From a virus (Duplodnaviria; Caudoviricetes): a stretch of DNA of 64,000 bases. The notes under the pieces were generated by a model that saw only the letters and a list, made by a program, of their open reading frames with translations, ran no database searches and was not told the origin of the DNA. The translations under genes and the position numbers were made by a program. Location: IMG/VR virus record IMGVR_UViG_3300011115_000183, positions 870-64,869 of that record; one strand, written 5' to 3'. Positions 55,376-63,953 of the stretch are shown piece after piece (positions within the stretch are counted from its first letter, which is position 1; each line of letters starts with the position of its first letter).

Positions 55376-55524
55376 GTGACCCCTTACGGGGGTCAATCGG
55401 TCAAGCCCGACGTGCGAAAGGAGAGGGATCTCGAAAACACCGCTTGACTGACATGGTTAATGGGGGGCCAAAATCGTGAAACAAAAACCCCCGTCACCGC
55501 ACACTCATGCCTTAACGCGATGAC
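55376..55524 (-). ncRNA. putative pseudoknotted structured RNA between HNH and helicase genes
   Basis: P1 GTCATCGC/GCGGTGAC; P2 GGGGGTT/GGCCCCC; pseudoknot GGCATG-AGTG with CATT-(AAC)-CATGTC; P3 GTCAAGC/GCTTGAC; P4 TGACCCC/GGGGTCA with GNRA loop. Confidence 0.7.
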
Positions 55525-55526
55525 TA

Positions 55527-55781
55527 TTACTTCATTGAACCATCTGAGTTTCTCTTGAACGATCGGTTTTTGCTTGGAGCTTCAAGTCGAACTCCGTCTT
55601 TGTTTGATCCACCTTTAGATAAAGCCTTGACGTGTGCAACATCTTTTCCACTGCGGTCAACGCCTTTGGCATCAAGTTTTCTTCTGGCTCGTTGGCGCTC
55701 CATCCGGTCAGGCAACTCACCTCTTTGTTTTTGTTGTTCATATTCTTTCTTGTATGGTCTTGGTTTATTCTCGTATGGCAT
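55527..55781 (-). CDS. small HNH-fold protein with Arg-rich N-terminus
   Basis: RQRARRK; GKDVAH..ALSKGGSN....NRS follows the HNH pattern. Confidence 0.75.
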   Translation of the reverse strand: MPYENKPRPYKKEYEQQKQRGELPDRMERQRARRKLDAKGVDRSGKDVAHVKALSKGGSNKDGVRLEAPSKNRSFKRNSDGSMK

Positions 55782-55783
55782 GG

Positions 55784-56437
55784 TCAACGTCCTTTATGAA
55801 AGTCACAGGTTGTCACAGGACACCAGCCGCACAGGGGTGTAGGGTTTGGGTTCCAGACGTTATTTTCGTACGAACCGTGCATCCTCAGCAAGTCTGCTTT
55901 AAACGCATCCCACAGTGCAGGAATCTGATCTCGGGTGTACTCCTCAGTGACGAACCCATCGTGCATCACGAACAGCAGACCAGCCTTGACCCGCATGATC
56001 TGGGGGAACTTGGCAAAGGTCATCAGCGCCATCAGCTTTAATTGTTTTGTATCAGGATACTTGCTACTGCCTGTCTTGTAGTCGAGGATGTGCGCGAGGG
56101 CGTTGTCCAGAATCAGCAAGTCCACGATACCCCGCACCCAGTATCCCTTGCCATACTCACAGGCGTTACCTTCACGATCAAGAGCCATCCTCAGTTCTGG
56201 ATGTTTCTCACCCTCAATATCCATCAACGTGTCCATCAGCGCCTTGAATCGTTCATAGTTCTTGGCAAGCGGAGTGCCATCCTTGACGTAGTTCTCAAGC
56301 GCCTTGTGTACCTCGTTGCCGTAGGTCATCTGTGGGGTGGGCTTGACAAAGAAACGCTTCAGTACCTTGATCTCTTGGTATTGCTTGGGGCAGTTGACGT
56401 ACTGCTTGAACGATGAGAACGACCATGTGTAGCTCAT
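55784..56437 (-). CDS. PD-(D/E)XK exonuclease, Cas4/RecB-like
   Basis: WSFSS..CP, GNEVH, GIVD, DYKTG, QL..., CGWCPVTTC (Fe-S ligands). Confidence 0.88.
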   Translation of the reverse strand: MSYTWSFSSFKQYVNCPKQYQEIKVLKRFFVKPTPQMTYGNEVHKALENYVKDGTPLAKNYERFKALMDTLMDIEGEKHPELRMALDREGNACEYGKGYWVRGIVDLLILDNALAHILDYKTGSSKYPDTKQLKLMALMTFAKFPQIMRVKAGLLFVMHDGFVTEEYTRDQIPALWDAFKADLLRMHGSYENNVWNPNPTPLCGWCPVTTCDFHKGR

Positions 56438-56673
56438 TTTTTAAGTGCCCTTATGTAGACTGTCAATGAATCAATCGTGTCCTGCCCAAAGCCTGTCATT
56501 CTCTGAATGCTCATTGCCACTTCTTCGATCACGCCATTGCGTAGCTCGTCGTAGAACTCCTGCTGTGTCTTAGCCTTCATCTGCATCCTGACGATCTCTT
56601 GCTTAACCTTGCTCATACGCTCAATGTCGTTGAACGCATCGTCTTCTGGGTCTGGGTATCTTGATTCAGTCAT
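56434..56673 (-). CDS. hypothetical protein
   Basis: DPEDDAFNDIE...LRNGVIEEVA; ATGA coupling. Confidence 0.75.
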   Translation of the reverse strand: MTESRYPDPEDDAFNDIERMSKVKQEIVRMQMKAKTQQEFYDELRNGVIEEVAMSIQRMTGFGQDTIDSLTVYIRALKK

Positions 56674-56894
56674 AGCTTCCCCCTTGTGATCTTTGGCTTT
56701 CTGTTCATGACATACCGCCAATACTTGAATGACTTATGTCCTGCTCTCCACGCACCAACGTTGCAACGAACTGCGTACAAGAATATGCCCCACCTGTATC
56801 CCCAAGCAAGGTCTTTCTGCATGGCATCCCAGTCGGCAAAACAACCATCGCTGTATGTGATTCGGTATTTCATAGATCTTTTTTTACTTGACAT
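56670..56894 (-). CDS. hypothetical basic protein
   Basis: Fills the gap after the polymerase; ATGA coupling. Confidence 0.6.
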   Translation of the reverse strand: MSSKKRSMKYRITYSDGCFADWDAMQKDLAWGYRWGIFLYAVRCNVGAWRAGHKSFKYWRYVMNRKPKITRGKL

Positions 56895-56897
56895 ATC

Positions 56898-58775
56898 TTA
56901 ACACTCTCCGTAGCTATGTCCATACTTCGCCTCACAAGCCACGGGTAAACCCCTAGCCCATTCGGGTGGTACAGACATGCACTCGATCACATACTTCATC
57001 GCCTCGTCCTTCTCGGTTTCAAGGGGAACGATCACTGCCGCATCATGCACGGTCAGGGCAACGCGGTGGCGCTTCTGTATATCAAGCATCTGTTCGCCAA
57101 CGACAATCCTTGCCAACGCTTGAACCACGTTCTCCACCAATGAGCCGCCCCACAATGACACTGGCCCCTTGCGTGACTTGTACACGTATTGGCTTTTAGT
57201 TTCTTCAGTGTTGAGGTGAAGCTCAGGGTAACGGATCATCAAGCCATTGGGCAGTTTGATTCCTTCGGGATGCACTTCCAAGCATTTGTTCTTGCCGTAG
57301 TAGTACGGCTTCTTGCCTTTAGGCCAGTCAGCCAAGTCCTTGATGACCCTGTCACCTTCTCGCCAAAGCTCGATCACCTTGTCGTTGGTATCACGGTATG
57401 TCTTAACAAACTCTTTAGCCTCGTCTTCAGTAACGATTGCTCCGGGAGGACTTGTCTTGAGCGTGTGCTGAAGTTTTAACGCACCAGTCCCGTAGCCTAG
57501 ACCCAGAATACAGGTCTTGCCAACGAACCGTTCCACAGGATCTGCCTTTGTGATCGTACGACCATATATCTTGGAAGCAAAGACGGAGTAGACGTCCTCT
57601 CCGTTGGCGAACTGTTGGATGACATCTTCCTGCCCTGCCAACCATACGAGGATACGAGCTTCAATCTGGGACGAGTCACAGTTGATGACAACGTAATCGT
57701 CAGGCGGGATAACTGCGTTCTTGAGGGTTTTCTTTTTCTTATCTCGACTTGGCAGATTCTGGAAATTGACCTTATCAGAGCCAGCCCATCTGCCAGTGTG
57801 AGCGCCATAATATTTGAGAGGAATGGGGAGTCGTCCCTTGTTACGTTTACCCGTGTCGATGAAACGTTGAATGCGGGATTCTTCAAGGGTGGACATCGTG
57901 CCGAGTCGCACAGCGCAGAGTTGTTGAATGAACTCATCATCGCCTTCAGCCAATGCCAGAAAGCCTTCATCATTTTTAGCCAACGCATAAGTCATCTCCC
58001 CTTTGGATTTCTTACCCTTACTTGGTTTCATCGGTACTTCAACGCCATGCTCCGTCAGGATAGCGGCAAACTGCTTGCCACTTGCCAACTTTTTGCGCAC
58101 CTCTTCTTCGTCCTTGCACTTGAGTTGTTCCATCAATGTCTGGAGCAACGCCATCTTTTCTTCTTTGAGTTCGATGAGGCGATCTTGAAGTAGCACATCA
58201 TCCACATGGAACACAGGTTCGGTAAACATTCTTAATGTCATGTCGATGAGATCTAATTCATTCTGCGGGAACGCGCTCGCAAGAACTTGGAAAAGGTCAA
58301 ACGTAAGATTCACGTCGTTCTTGCAATACTCACCGTATCGCTGGAGTTCTTCTTCAGTGAAGTCGAGCCTACGCTTACCTTCCGCGTGTATCACCTCATC
58401 GCCTTTCTCGCCAAGTCCATAGCGCAGAGCCAACGCCTTGAGCGAGCCACCTGCCTCTACGCCGTGAATCGCCCTCGCCATGCACAAGGTGTCGTACAGA
58501 TAAGCGGGGTGACAGTCGAAGTGCCAAGAAAGAATACATGCGTCGAACAACGTGTTGTGTGCAAGCAGGGCCGCCTCACTCCAGTTGATCTTCTTCAAAT
58601 GTTCTTTTACCTCAGCGTGTGTTCCTGAGAACCATGTGGTCGGTTGATCGTCAATCCTTACCCCCACGCCGATCACCTCGAAGCGACGATCACGCACGTA
58701 CTCCTCAGTGGTCTGGGTTCTAAAGCCCAAGCCCTTGGTGTAATAGGATTCAAAGTCCAGTGTTACGAAACTCAC
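56898..58775 (-). CDS. polA: DNA polymerase family A with 3'-5' exonuclease
   Basis: ExoI DFE, ExoII HN..FD, ExoIII YC.ND; HTGRW, NFQNLP, motif A DSSQIEAR, motif B KTCILGLGYG, motif C VHD. Confidence 0.95.
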   Translation of the reverse strand: MSFVTLDFESYYTKGLGFRTQTTEEYVRDRRFEVIGVGVRIDDQPTTWFSGTHAEVKEHLKKINWSEAALLAHNTLFDACILSWHFDCHPAYLYDTLCMARAIHGVEAGGSLKALALRYGLGEKGDEVIHAEGKRRLDFTEEELQRYGEYCKNDVNLTFDLFQVLASAFPQNELDLIDMTLRMFTEPVFHVDDVLLQDRLIELKEEKMALLQTLMEQLKCKDEEEVRKKLASGKQFAAILTEHGVEVPMKPSKGKKSKGEMTYALAKNDEGFLALAEGDDEFIQQLCAVRLGTMSTLEESRIQRFIDTGKRNKGRLPIPLKYYGAHTGRWAGSDKVNFQNLPSRDKKKKTLKNAVIPPDDYVVINCDSSQIEARILVWLAGQEDVIQQFANGEDVYSVFASKIYGRTITKADPVERFVGKTCILGLGYGTGALKLQHTLKTSPPGAIVTEDEAKEFVKTYRDTNDKVIELWREGDRVIKDLADWPKGKKPYYYGKNKCLEVHPEGIKLPNGLMIRYPELHLNTEETKSQYVYKSRKGPVSLWGGSLVENVVQALARIVVGEQMLDIQKRHRVALTVHDAAVIVPLETEKDEAMKYVIECMSVPPEWARGLPVACEAKYGHSYGEC

Positions 58776-58969
58776 TTGCCGCCCTTTCTTATAAGCTTTC
58801 CTGCTTTTCTGAATATTGTCAACATCGACTTGTACGCAACTCCAAACCTATCCGCAATTTCTTTTTTGGGTACGCCCTGCGCATACAGACTGAAAGCTCT
58901 GCGCTCATCAATAGCGGGTAGTTTCCTACCTGAGTTAGTTCTAGCCCCGCCATGTTTCTTTACAGTCAT
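58772..58969 (-). CDS. small HTH protein
   Basis: HGGARTNSGRK plus GVPKKEIADRFGV. Confidence 0.75.
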   Translation of the reverse strand: MTVKKHGGARTNSGRKLPAIDERRAFSLYAQGVPKKEIADRFGVAYKSMLTIFRKAGKLIRKGGK

Positions 58970-59108
58970 GCTGTTCCCCCGCTGTTTTCGTTACAAAAAT
59001 GAGTTGGCACTTGGTACATCGCCAAAGCGTTCCTTGCTCGATGACAGTCCTGCGCCCACCACGCTCACCACGTAGCTTGCCAAAGAATGTTCTGATTGCT
59101 TCAAGCAC
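58941..59108 (-). CDS. 55-aa zinc-finger-like protein (not in ORF track)
   Basis: GTG start; WRCTKCQLIF....GEQHDC. Confidence 0.6.
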   Translation of the reverse strand: MLEAIRTFFGKLRGERGGRRTVIEQGTLWRCTKCQLIFVTKTAGEQHDCKETWRG

Positions 59109-59346
59109 GGTTCTTCTCCCTTTCTTTCATCCTTGCAACACGTTCCATCCGCTTCTTGTGTGCGGTCGTGTATATAACGTATTCCATGATCGACTTCACT
59201 TTGTCCCAATACGCTTCTGCGAGTTGAAACTTCTCCATGACTCCGCTGTCAGCGTCTTGTCTCGCCTTGGCTTCGATGACTCGCATACGCTCATCGCCTA
59301 CAACTTCCTTGCAAGTGTCAATGTCGAAACTCTTAGGCGTCACCAC
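59101..59346 (-). CDS. hypothetical protein
   Basis: Coupled ORF. Confidence 0.7.
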   Translation of the reverse strand: MVTPKSFDIDTCKEVVGDERMRVIEAKARQDADSGVMEKFQLAEAYWDKVKSIMEYVIYTTAHKKRMERVARMKEREKNRA

Positions 59347-59933
59347 AGCTTCCCCTTGCCTGATGCAATAATGCCGCCCCAGAAACTTGGGTCAACGCCA
59401 ATAGCCGCACCTTCTTGCCTGACCTGCGCTTGACCGAACCCGCCCTGCACCACACCTTGCACATTAGTACTGCCAGTGGTAGTGGTGAAATACCCAGAGC
59501 CGCCAGCTGAGTTTTGCAACATTTGCTGTTGCGCCGCCGCATGTTGTATAGGGTTTTTTATTACCTGCGCCGCCTGTGAACCATACATTGCCCTTGGGTC
59601 AGTCCATGTGCCGCCGCTACCGCCCCCGCCAGCGAGTACTGCATTGACAGTATTTCCCTTGACGATATACGGACTTGGCTGTTCTTGTTTCACTTCTTCG
59701 CCTGCAAGTCGCTTGAAGACCCGCTCGTTAAAGTCGTCCCGATAGAACGCTGTCTTTGCATCCTGCAACGCCTTGCGCTCTTCATCGTCGCCAACACGCC
59801 ATGCGTAGTCAAGTAGGTCTGACCACTTCCCGCCAAACGATTCGCCCTCGTATGGCACATTACCGTCTGTGAGGAACTCCTCGGGGTTGGTCTTCATCCG
59901 ATCAAGCAAAATTTCTAATCCTGTCAGCATCAT
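59340..59933 (-). CDS. hypothetical protein (GLEILLDRMKTNPEEF family) with low-complexity tail
   Basis: TAAGGAG RBS before ATG 59933. Confidence 0.8.
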   Translation of the reverse strand: MMLTGLEILLDRMKTNPEEFLTDGNVPYEGESFGGKWSDLLDYAWRVGDDEERKALQDAKTAFYRDDFNERVFKRLAGEEVKQEQPSPYIVKGNTVNAVLAGGGGSGGTWTDPRAMYGSQAAQVIKNPIQHAAAQQQMLQNSAGGSGYFTTTTGSTNVQGVVQGGFGQAQVRQEGAAIGVDPSFWGGIIASGKGKLW

Positions 59934-59979
59934 CGCTCTCCTTAAATAACTGGCATCAAATAACAAATTCAATGGGCGC

Positions 59980-60005
59980 AAAAAAAGGCATGGCGAACCA
60001 TGCCT
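59980..60005 (-). terminator. intrinsic terminator AGGCATGG-TTCG-CCATGCCT-TTTTTT
   Basis: Perfect stem plus U-tract. Confidence 0.9.
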
Positions 60006-60010
60006 ACGAA

Positions 60011-60469
60011 TCAAGCCTGTGCTTTGTTGATCTCTCTGTTGAGATACCACTGAGCCTTCTGCAAGTCTTGTAGCTTGTTGCCTTTGTGATCTGCTCGGGT
60101 GATGTACTTCACCACGTTGCCAAGGTTATAGCCAAGATTCTTTGCCTCGATGAAGTCGATGGTCTCGATACCACCTGTCTTGTAATGCTCGGGATGATTC
60201 ACTGGGTCAGCCTTCGGTTCTTCCATCTCGATCGGGAAATGTGTTTCTACGATACTTGGGGCTTTATTTAGCGTTCCGTCTGGGGGCGGATTTTTAAACG
60301 TGCCGTCTGCGGTTTTGTAAATCCCCATAGCCTTCCTCTGTGTGTTTAACAGCACATGGGCTTGCTGTGTTGAACAGTCGAGCAACTCGACTACTGCCCC
60401 TGCTTTGGTGTTCGGATTTCTGCGCAACAGCATTCTTACTTTTGCGGCCTTGTTGATTCTCTTAGTCAT
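60011..60469 (-). CDS. DUF3310 (SaV-like / T7 gp1.7-related) domain protein
   Basis: DPVNHPEHY..GGIETID...GNVVKYITR...DLQKAQWYL. Confidence 0.85.
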   Translation of the reverse strand: MTKRINKAAKVRMLLRRNPNTKAGAVVELLDCSTQQAHVLLNTQRKAMGIYKTADGTFKNPPPDGTLNKAPSIVETHFPIEMEEPKADPVNHPEHYKTGGIETIDFIEAKNLGYNLGNVVKYITRADHKGNKLQDLQKAQWYLNREINKAQA

Positions 60470-60665
60470 CTGCCTTCTCCTTTTTGGTACGGCGTTTCAC
60501 TGATACGATTCCTGCCCCATGCAGGTTTCGTTCCTCTTGCATCAAGTCTGCAAGTTCATAAGCAAGGGCGGGTATCTCAGGGGCGAAATGCCCTTTCATC
60601 AATAGCCCCACCATCGCAAATCCTGCGTGAAGATCACGCAAATTACTTCTGTCCTGCTCATCCAT
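60462..60665 (-). CDS. hypothetical protein (LRD..AG.AM.GL...AY.LAD.M family)
   Basis: Common phage motif; AGGAG RBS. Confidence 0.8.
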   Translation of the reverse strand: MDEQDRSNLRDLHAGFAMVGLLMKGHFAPEIPALAYELADLMQEERNLHGAGIVSVKRRTKKEKADD

Positions 60666-60776
60666 TTAAAAACTCCTTGGTAATGCTGACGCTATCCACC
60701 AACCTAATATGACCAGTCCAGTCACCACGACCGCCAACATATTCAGTGCAAAGACTGTCCACCAAAATACTTTCAT
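60666..60776 (-). CDS. 36-aa membrane peptide (not in ORF track)
   Basis: MKVFWWTVFALNMLAVVVTGLVILGWWIASALPRSF; fills the gap exactly. Confidence 0.6.
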   Translation of the reverse strand: MKVFWWTVFALNMLAVVVTGLVILGWWIASALPRSF

Positions 60777-61066
60777 TTGTTTGCCTTAATAAATACTTCA
60801 AACGCTATAAGGTTGTCCTCGTTCACAACCCACCACACCCCACCTGCGTCCTGAATGTTGTCTAAGTGTTTGTGTTGCAATGCTGTGGGTACTCCTCCAT
60901 TTGCCTTGGCCTCTACTGCAAGAAACTTTCCATTGAGACAACACAGGAAGTCAGGTACGCCTGAGTTGCCGTACCCTGTACCCATCGGCATAGCGTAGTA
61001 AACACCATGTAGTTGAAGAATCTTCTTGATGTTGGCCTTGACCTTGGCTTCGGGTGTTCTAGCCAT
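60773..61066 (-). CDS. VRR-NUC domain nuclease (resolvase-like)
   Basis: TPE.KVK, GVPD, FLAVEAK, TALQ. Confidence 0.9.
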   Translation of the reverse strand: MARTPEAKVKANIKKILQLHGVYYAMPMGTGYGNSGVPDFLCCLNGKFLAVEAKANGGVPTALQHKHLDNIQDAGGVWWVVNEDNLIAFEVFIKANK

Positions 61067-61346
61067 TTGCTTTCTCCCGCAGTTTCTTTATGTGATCGTC
61101 CCAACGATTGCTGTTCATGTGCTTCCACTTCTCAAGCTTGTCAGCTATGAATGTCTCATTGCCTTTAAACAGGCGTGTGTTCAGTGCCATGCTCGCCACT
61201 GTTTCCATGTCTACTGCGTGTTCACGCACTTCTTCTGCCCTGCGTTTCACCCCGCCAATCGCAGACAAGATAATGCTCTGCATCATCACTGGGTCTTTTG
61301 AGCGATGCGCTACCTCGGATAAGAATTTTTGGTCTTCAATGTTCAT
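61059..61346 (-). CDS. hypothetical protein
   Basis: AAGGAG RBS; coupled. Confidence 0.75.
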   Translation of the reverse strand: MNIEDQKFLSEVAHRSKDPVMMQSIILSAIGGVKRRAEEVREHAVDMETVASMALNTRLFKGNETFIADKLEKWKHMNSNRWDDHIKKLREKANG

Positions 61347-61506
61347 GTGTCTTCTCCTTGAGTTTGGCTTCCGCTTCTAATGCCCTCTCTTGCCAATAAT
61401 GCACATCACACAATTCGCCTTGGTCAATGTCATCCATGTACAAATTAAAAGCGTAGCTTGCGCATTGGAAGCCATCTTTTTTAATGTGTTTGCATCTCTT
61501 GTTCAT
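61336..61506 (-). CDS. small Cys/His protein
   Basis: RC......G.QC...LCDVH; GAGGAG RBS. Confidence 0.7.
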   Translation of the reverse strand: MNKRCKHIKKDGFQCASYAFNLYMDDIDQGELCDVHYWQERALEAEAKLKEKTHEH

Positions 61507-61844
61507 GTGTCTTCTCCTCTCATTGCCATCAGTGTTGGGCGTGTCAGCACCATGCAGTAGTACGACTCGGATGCTCTCCATCCGATCTCGTCAAGCTCGA
61601 TCGACTGTGTGTTGCTATACAACTCCAGTTTTGAAAGTTTGTGGTCAGGAATAATCTTGTGTTCGGTTACAAGAATCATTGCCAACTTGGTCTTCAACTC
61701 ATCCGGCAATGTGTCCTTGTCATACCTGCGGTGATACCCATCAGCGACGTACACAATAAAGTGGTCTTCAATGCGCCGCATCGGGACACGCACCAACGCT
61801 AGATTCCATTGGTGTGATACTGGGGTGAGGTCTTCACTCAGCAT
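61503..61844 (-). CDS. hypothetical protein
   Basis: TLPDELKTKLAMI...IGWR motif. Confidence 0.8.
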   Translation of the reverse strand: MLSEDLTPVSHQWNLALVRVPMRRIEDHFIVYVADGYHRRYDKDTLPDELKTKLAMILVTEHKIIPDHKLSKLELYSNTQSIELDEIGWRASESYYCMVLTRPTLMAMRGEDT

Positions 61845-62752
61845 GGGGTTGCCATCCAGATGTAGTCGTAGTGTGTGGCTTGACTATGATAGAAAAACAC
61901 TGCGTCCAGATTCTCGTCATACATATCCTGCGCAGGGATGTAGCCGTTCTGCAAGCGATACCCCTTACCCTCGTATGCAAGCTTGGTCATAGTCATCACA
62001 GGAATGAGATCATCACGCTCGGTGATGTCTTTATAACGCTTGAATGGCTCAACGATGTCATACTGTTTCTCCCCTGTGACTTTGACTTTGCCAACTATGA
62101 AGTGACCGAAACTATCAGCACCAATCATGTAGAAAGGATTGTGAAAGAACCGACCGACTTCTTCTAACTTCTTGACTTGTACTCTATCAGCTTCATTGTA
62201 TTTGTCAAGTACAATTTTACATTTAAGTGCGTCGATTGTAATGTGATTACCACTAGGACTTTCCCCTAGATACGCACAGATCAACGCTTGTATCTCATTG
62301 GGAGAGAGTTCACCAGTTGACTTGTAAGCACTACCCATAGCCTTCTCCATGATGTCCTTTGCATCGGAAAGCTTGCCCATCTTCTTGCCTAGTAACTTAG
62401 GTATATCAATGATTGCTTTGACTCGCTTGATGCTAGACATCAATGAAGATACTTTGACACTACGCAGTGTCTCCTTGTCTTCCTCACTACTGCCACGCTC
62501 TTTTTTGTAGTACGGTGTGCGATAGCAATATTCCGTCTTGCCATCTTCTATTGCTCGAACAAACACCTTGCCCACTGCCATGCCATTGGTGTGGCACATC
62601 TGAAACGCAGTGCCGTGTTGATACTCAGTTGTGCCAAGGACTTTCAAGTTGTACTTGAAGTTCAACTCACGCACCAGTGCGAATGCTTGATGGTCTTTAA
62701 TCTTTTGCTCAAGTTCTTCGCTCTCGAACCCTGCAAGAATATATCTGCTCAT
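61838..62752 (-). CDS. hypothetical protein
   Basis: 304 aa; AAAGGG RBS. Confidence 0.85.
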   Translation of the reverse strand: MSRYILAGFESEELEQKIKDHQAFALVRELNFKYNLKVLGTTEYQHGTAFQMCHTNGMAVGKVFVRAIEDGKTEYCYRTPYYKKERGSSEEDKETLRSVKVSSLMSSIKRVKAIIDIPKLLGKKMGKLSDAKDIMEKAMGSAYKSTGELSPNEIQALICAYLGESPSGNHITIDALKCKIVLDKYNEADRVQVKKLEEVGRFFHNPFYMIGADSFGHFIVGKVKVTGEKQYDIVEPFKRYKDITERDDLIPVMTMTKLAYEGKGYRLQNGYIPAQDMYDENLDAVFFYHSQATHYDYIWMATPC

Positions 62753-62770
62753 GATCTTCCCTTTCGTTGG

Positions 62771-63751
62771 TTAATACTGTTGAACAATCTCGCCATTGAC
62801 CTCGATGTCGTACCCCCACACGCTTGGCGGGTAATTCTCATACATCCCATACCGCACAGACGTGAACACCTCGGGATGCTCTTTGTAAATGCGTGTGTTC
62901 ATGTGTCGCTTAAGATTCTCAAAAATTTCATGTGGCTCAGACCGATGCCAGTTAGGGTGCATGATCTGATCTTCAATCCTTCCAACACCCATCGACACCG
63001 CATAAAGAATCATTGCATCCAATGGTGCTTGATCTCGCAATTCTTCAGCAACCGCAAAGTCGTTGTCCCTTTTCTCATGTTCATCAAGGACTTCCTTAGC
63101 TATACGCAAGAACGTATCCCTGTCCATCGCTTTGCACATGGTCTCGCTCACCTTGTAGAAGTGTTCGTATCCCGCAAGAACATCTTTGCCCACCTTGCGA
63201 TTGACTTTCCGTCCGATGACGACATACTCATCAAGCGAATTCATATCCCCCTCAGTTGATACTCTCATGTTCTTGAAGATCGGCATGATTCGGTAGAACT
63301 CTCTCTGCCCAAATTCCCACACCATGCCACCTCTGCGTGAGTCGTTCTTGAACCATCCGGTAGTGGCATCGCTGAGAAACTTCCTCTCGCCCTGCCCATA
63401 CGGATAGTTGCCCTCGGCATTGAATTGGAAGTACTTGGGGTACACAGTACCTAAGATATGGATAGGATGGTCATATCTCATATACTTGTTTGGCTCGTTT
63501 GTGTTGGCGTACTCATGTACACGCTTATCGCCCCTCGCCTTTGCCGCATCGTATTCTTCCTTGGTGATCTCTTCAGAAGACCAACGAGTACCACACGTCA
63601 CGTCAAATACTTTTACGCCATCCACTTCTCTGACATAGAAGTTCTGAAGATTACGCCTACGACTCCCGATTGGAAACCGATTGGCTGTGCCACGAAACGG
63701 CTTCTCTACCTTTGTGATCTGCTCTAAACGAGCATAGTCAAATCCTCTCAT
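62771..63751 (-). CDS. hypothetical protein
   Basis: ATG 63751 after AAAGGAG; long ORF. Confidence 0.85.
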   Translation of the reverse strand: MRGFDYARLEQITKVEKPFRGTANRFPIGSRRRNLQNFYVREVDGVKVFDVTCGTRWSSEEITKEEYDAAKARGDKRVHEYANTNEPNKYMRYDHPIHILGTVYPKYFQFNAEGNYPYGQGERKFLSDATTGWFKNDSRRGGMVWEFGQREFYRIMPIFKNMRVSTEGDMNSLDEYVVIGRKVNRKVGKDVLAGYEHFYKVSETMCKAMDRDTFLRIAKEVLDEHEKRDNDFAVAEELRDQAPLDAMILYAVSMGVGRIEDQIMHPNWHRSEPHEIFENLKRHMNTRIYKEHPEVFTSVRYGMYENYPPSVWGYDIEVNGEIVQQY

Positions 63752-63953
63752 TGCTTTCTCCTTTAGTTGATTCTTCACCTAACCATAACAACACGTCCCG
63801 CCACAGTCGTGAATTCTGTGCGTTGTTCTCTATTCTCTCCAAACAATAGACGAAAGCAGAATCCCCCATGTCGATCAAGAGTTCCTCTGCTATCTCCTTG
63901 GACATACGATGACGCACGATTACCTCCTCTCCGCTACGGTACGCACTATTCAA
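63738..63953 (-). CDS. hypothetical protein (start uncertain)
   Basis: ORF overlapping the next gene; ATG at about 63905 is also possible. Confidence 0.55.
   Translation of the reverse strand: MNSAYRSGEEVIVRHRMSKEIAEELLIDMGDSAFVYCLERIENNAQNSRLWRDVLLWLGEESTKGESNERI

Noticed and set aside
55784-56437. Cas4-like nuclease as evidence of CRISPR-Cas
   Set aside because: Stand-alone Cas4/RecB-like exonucleases are routine in phage replication modules; there is no array or other cas gene.
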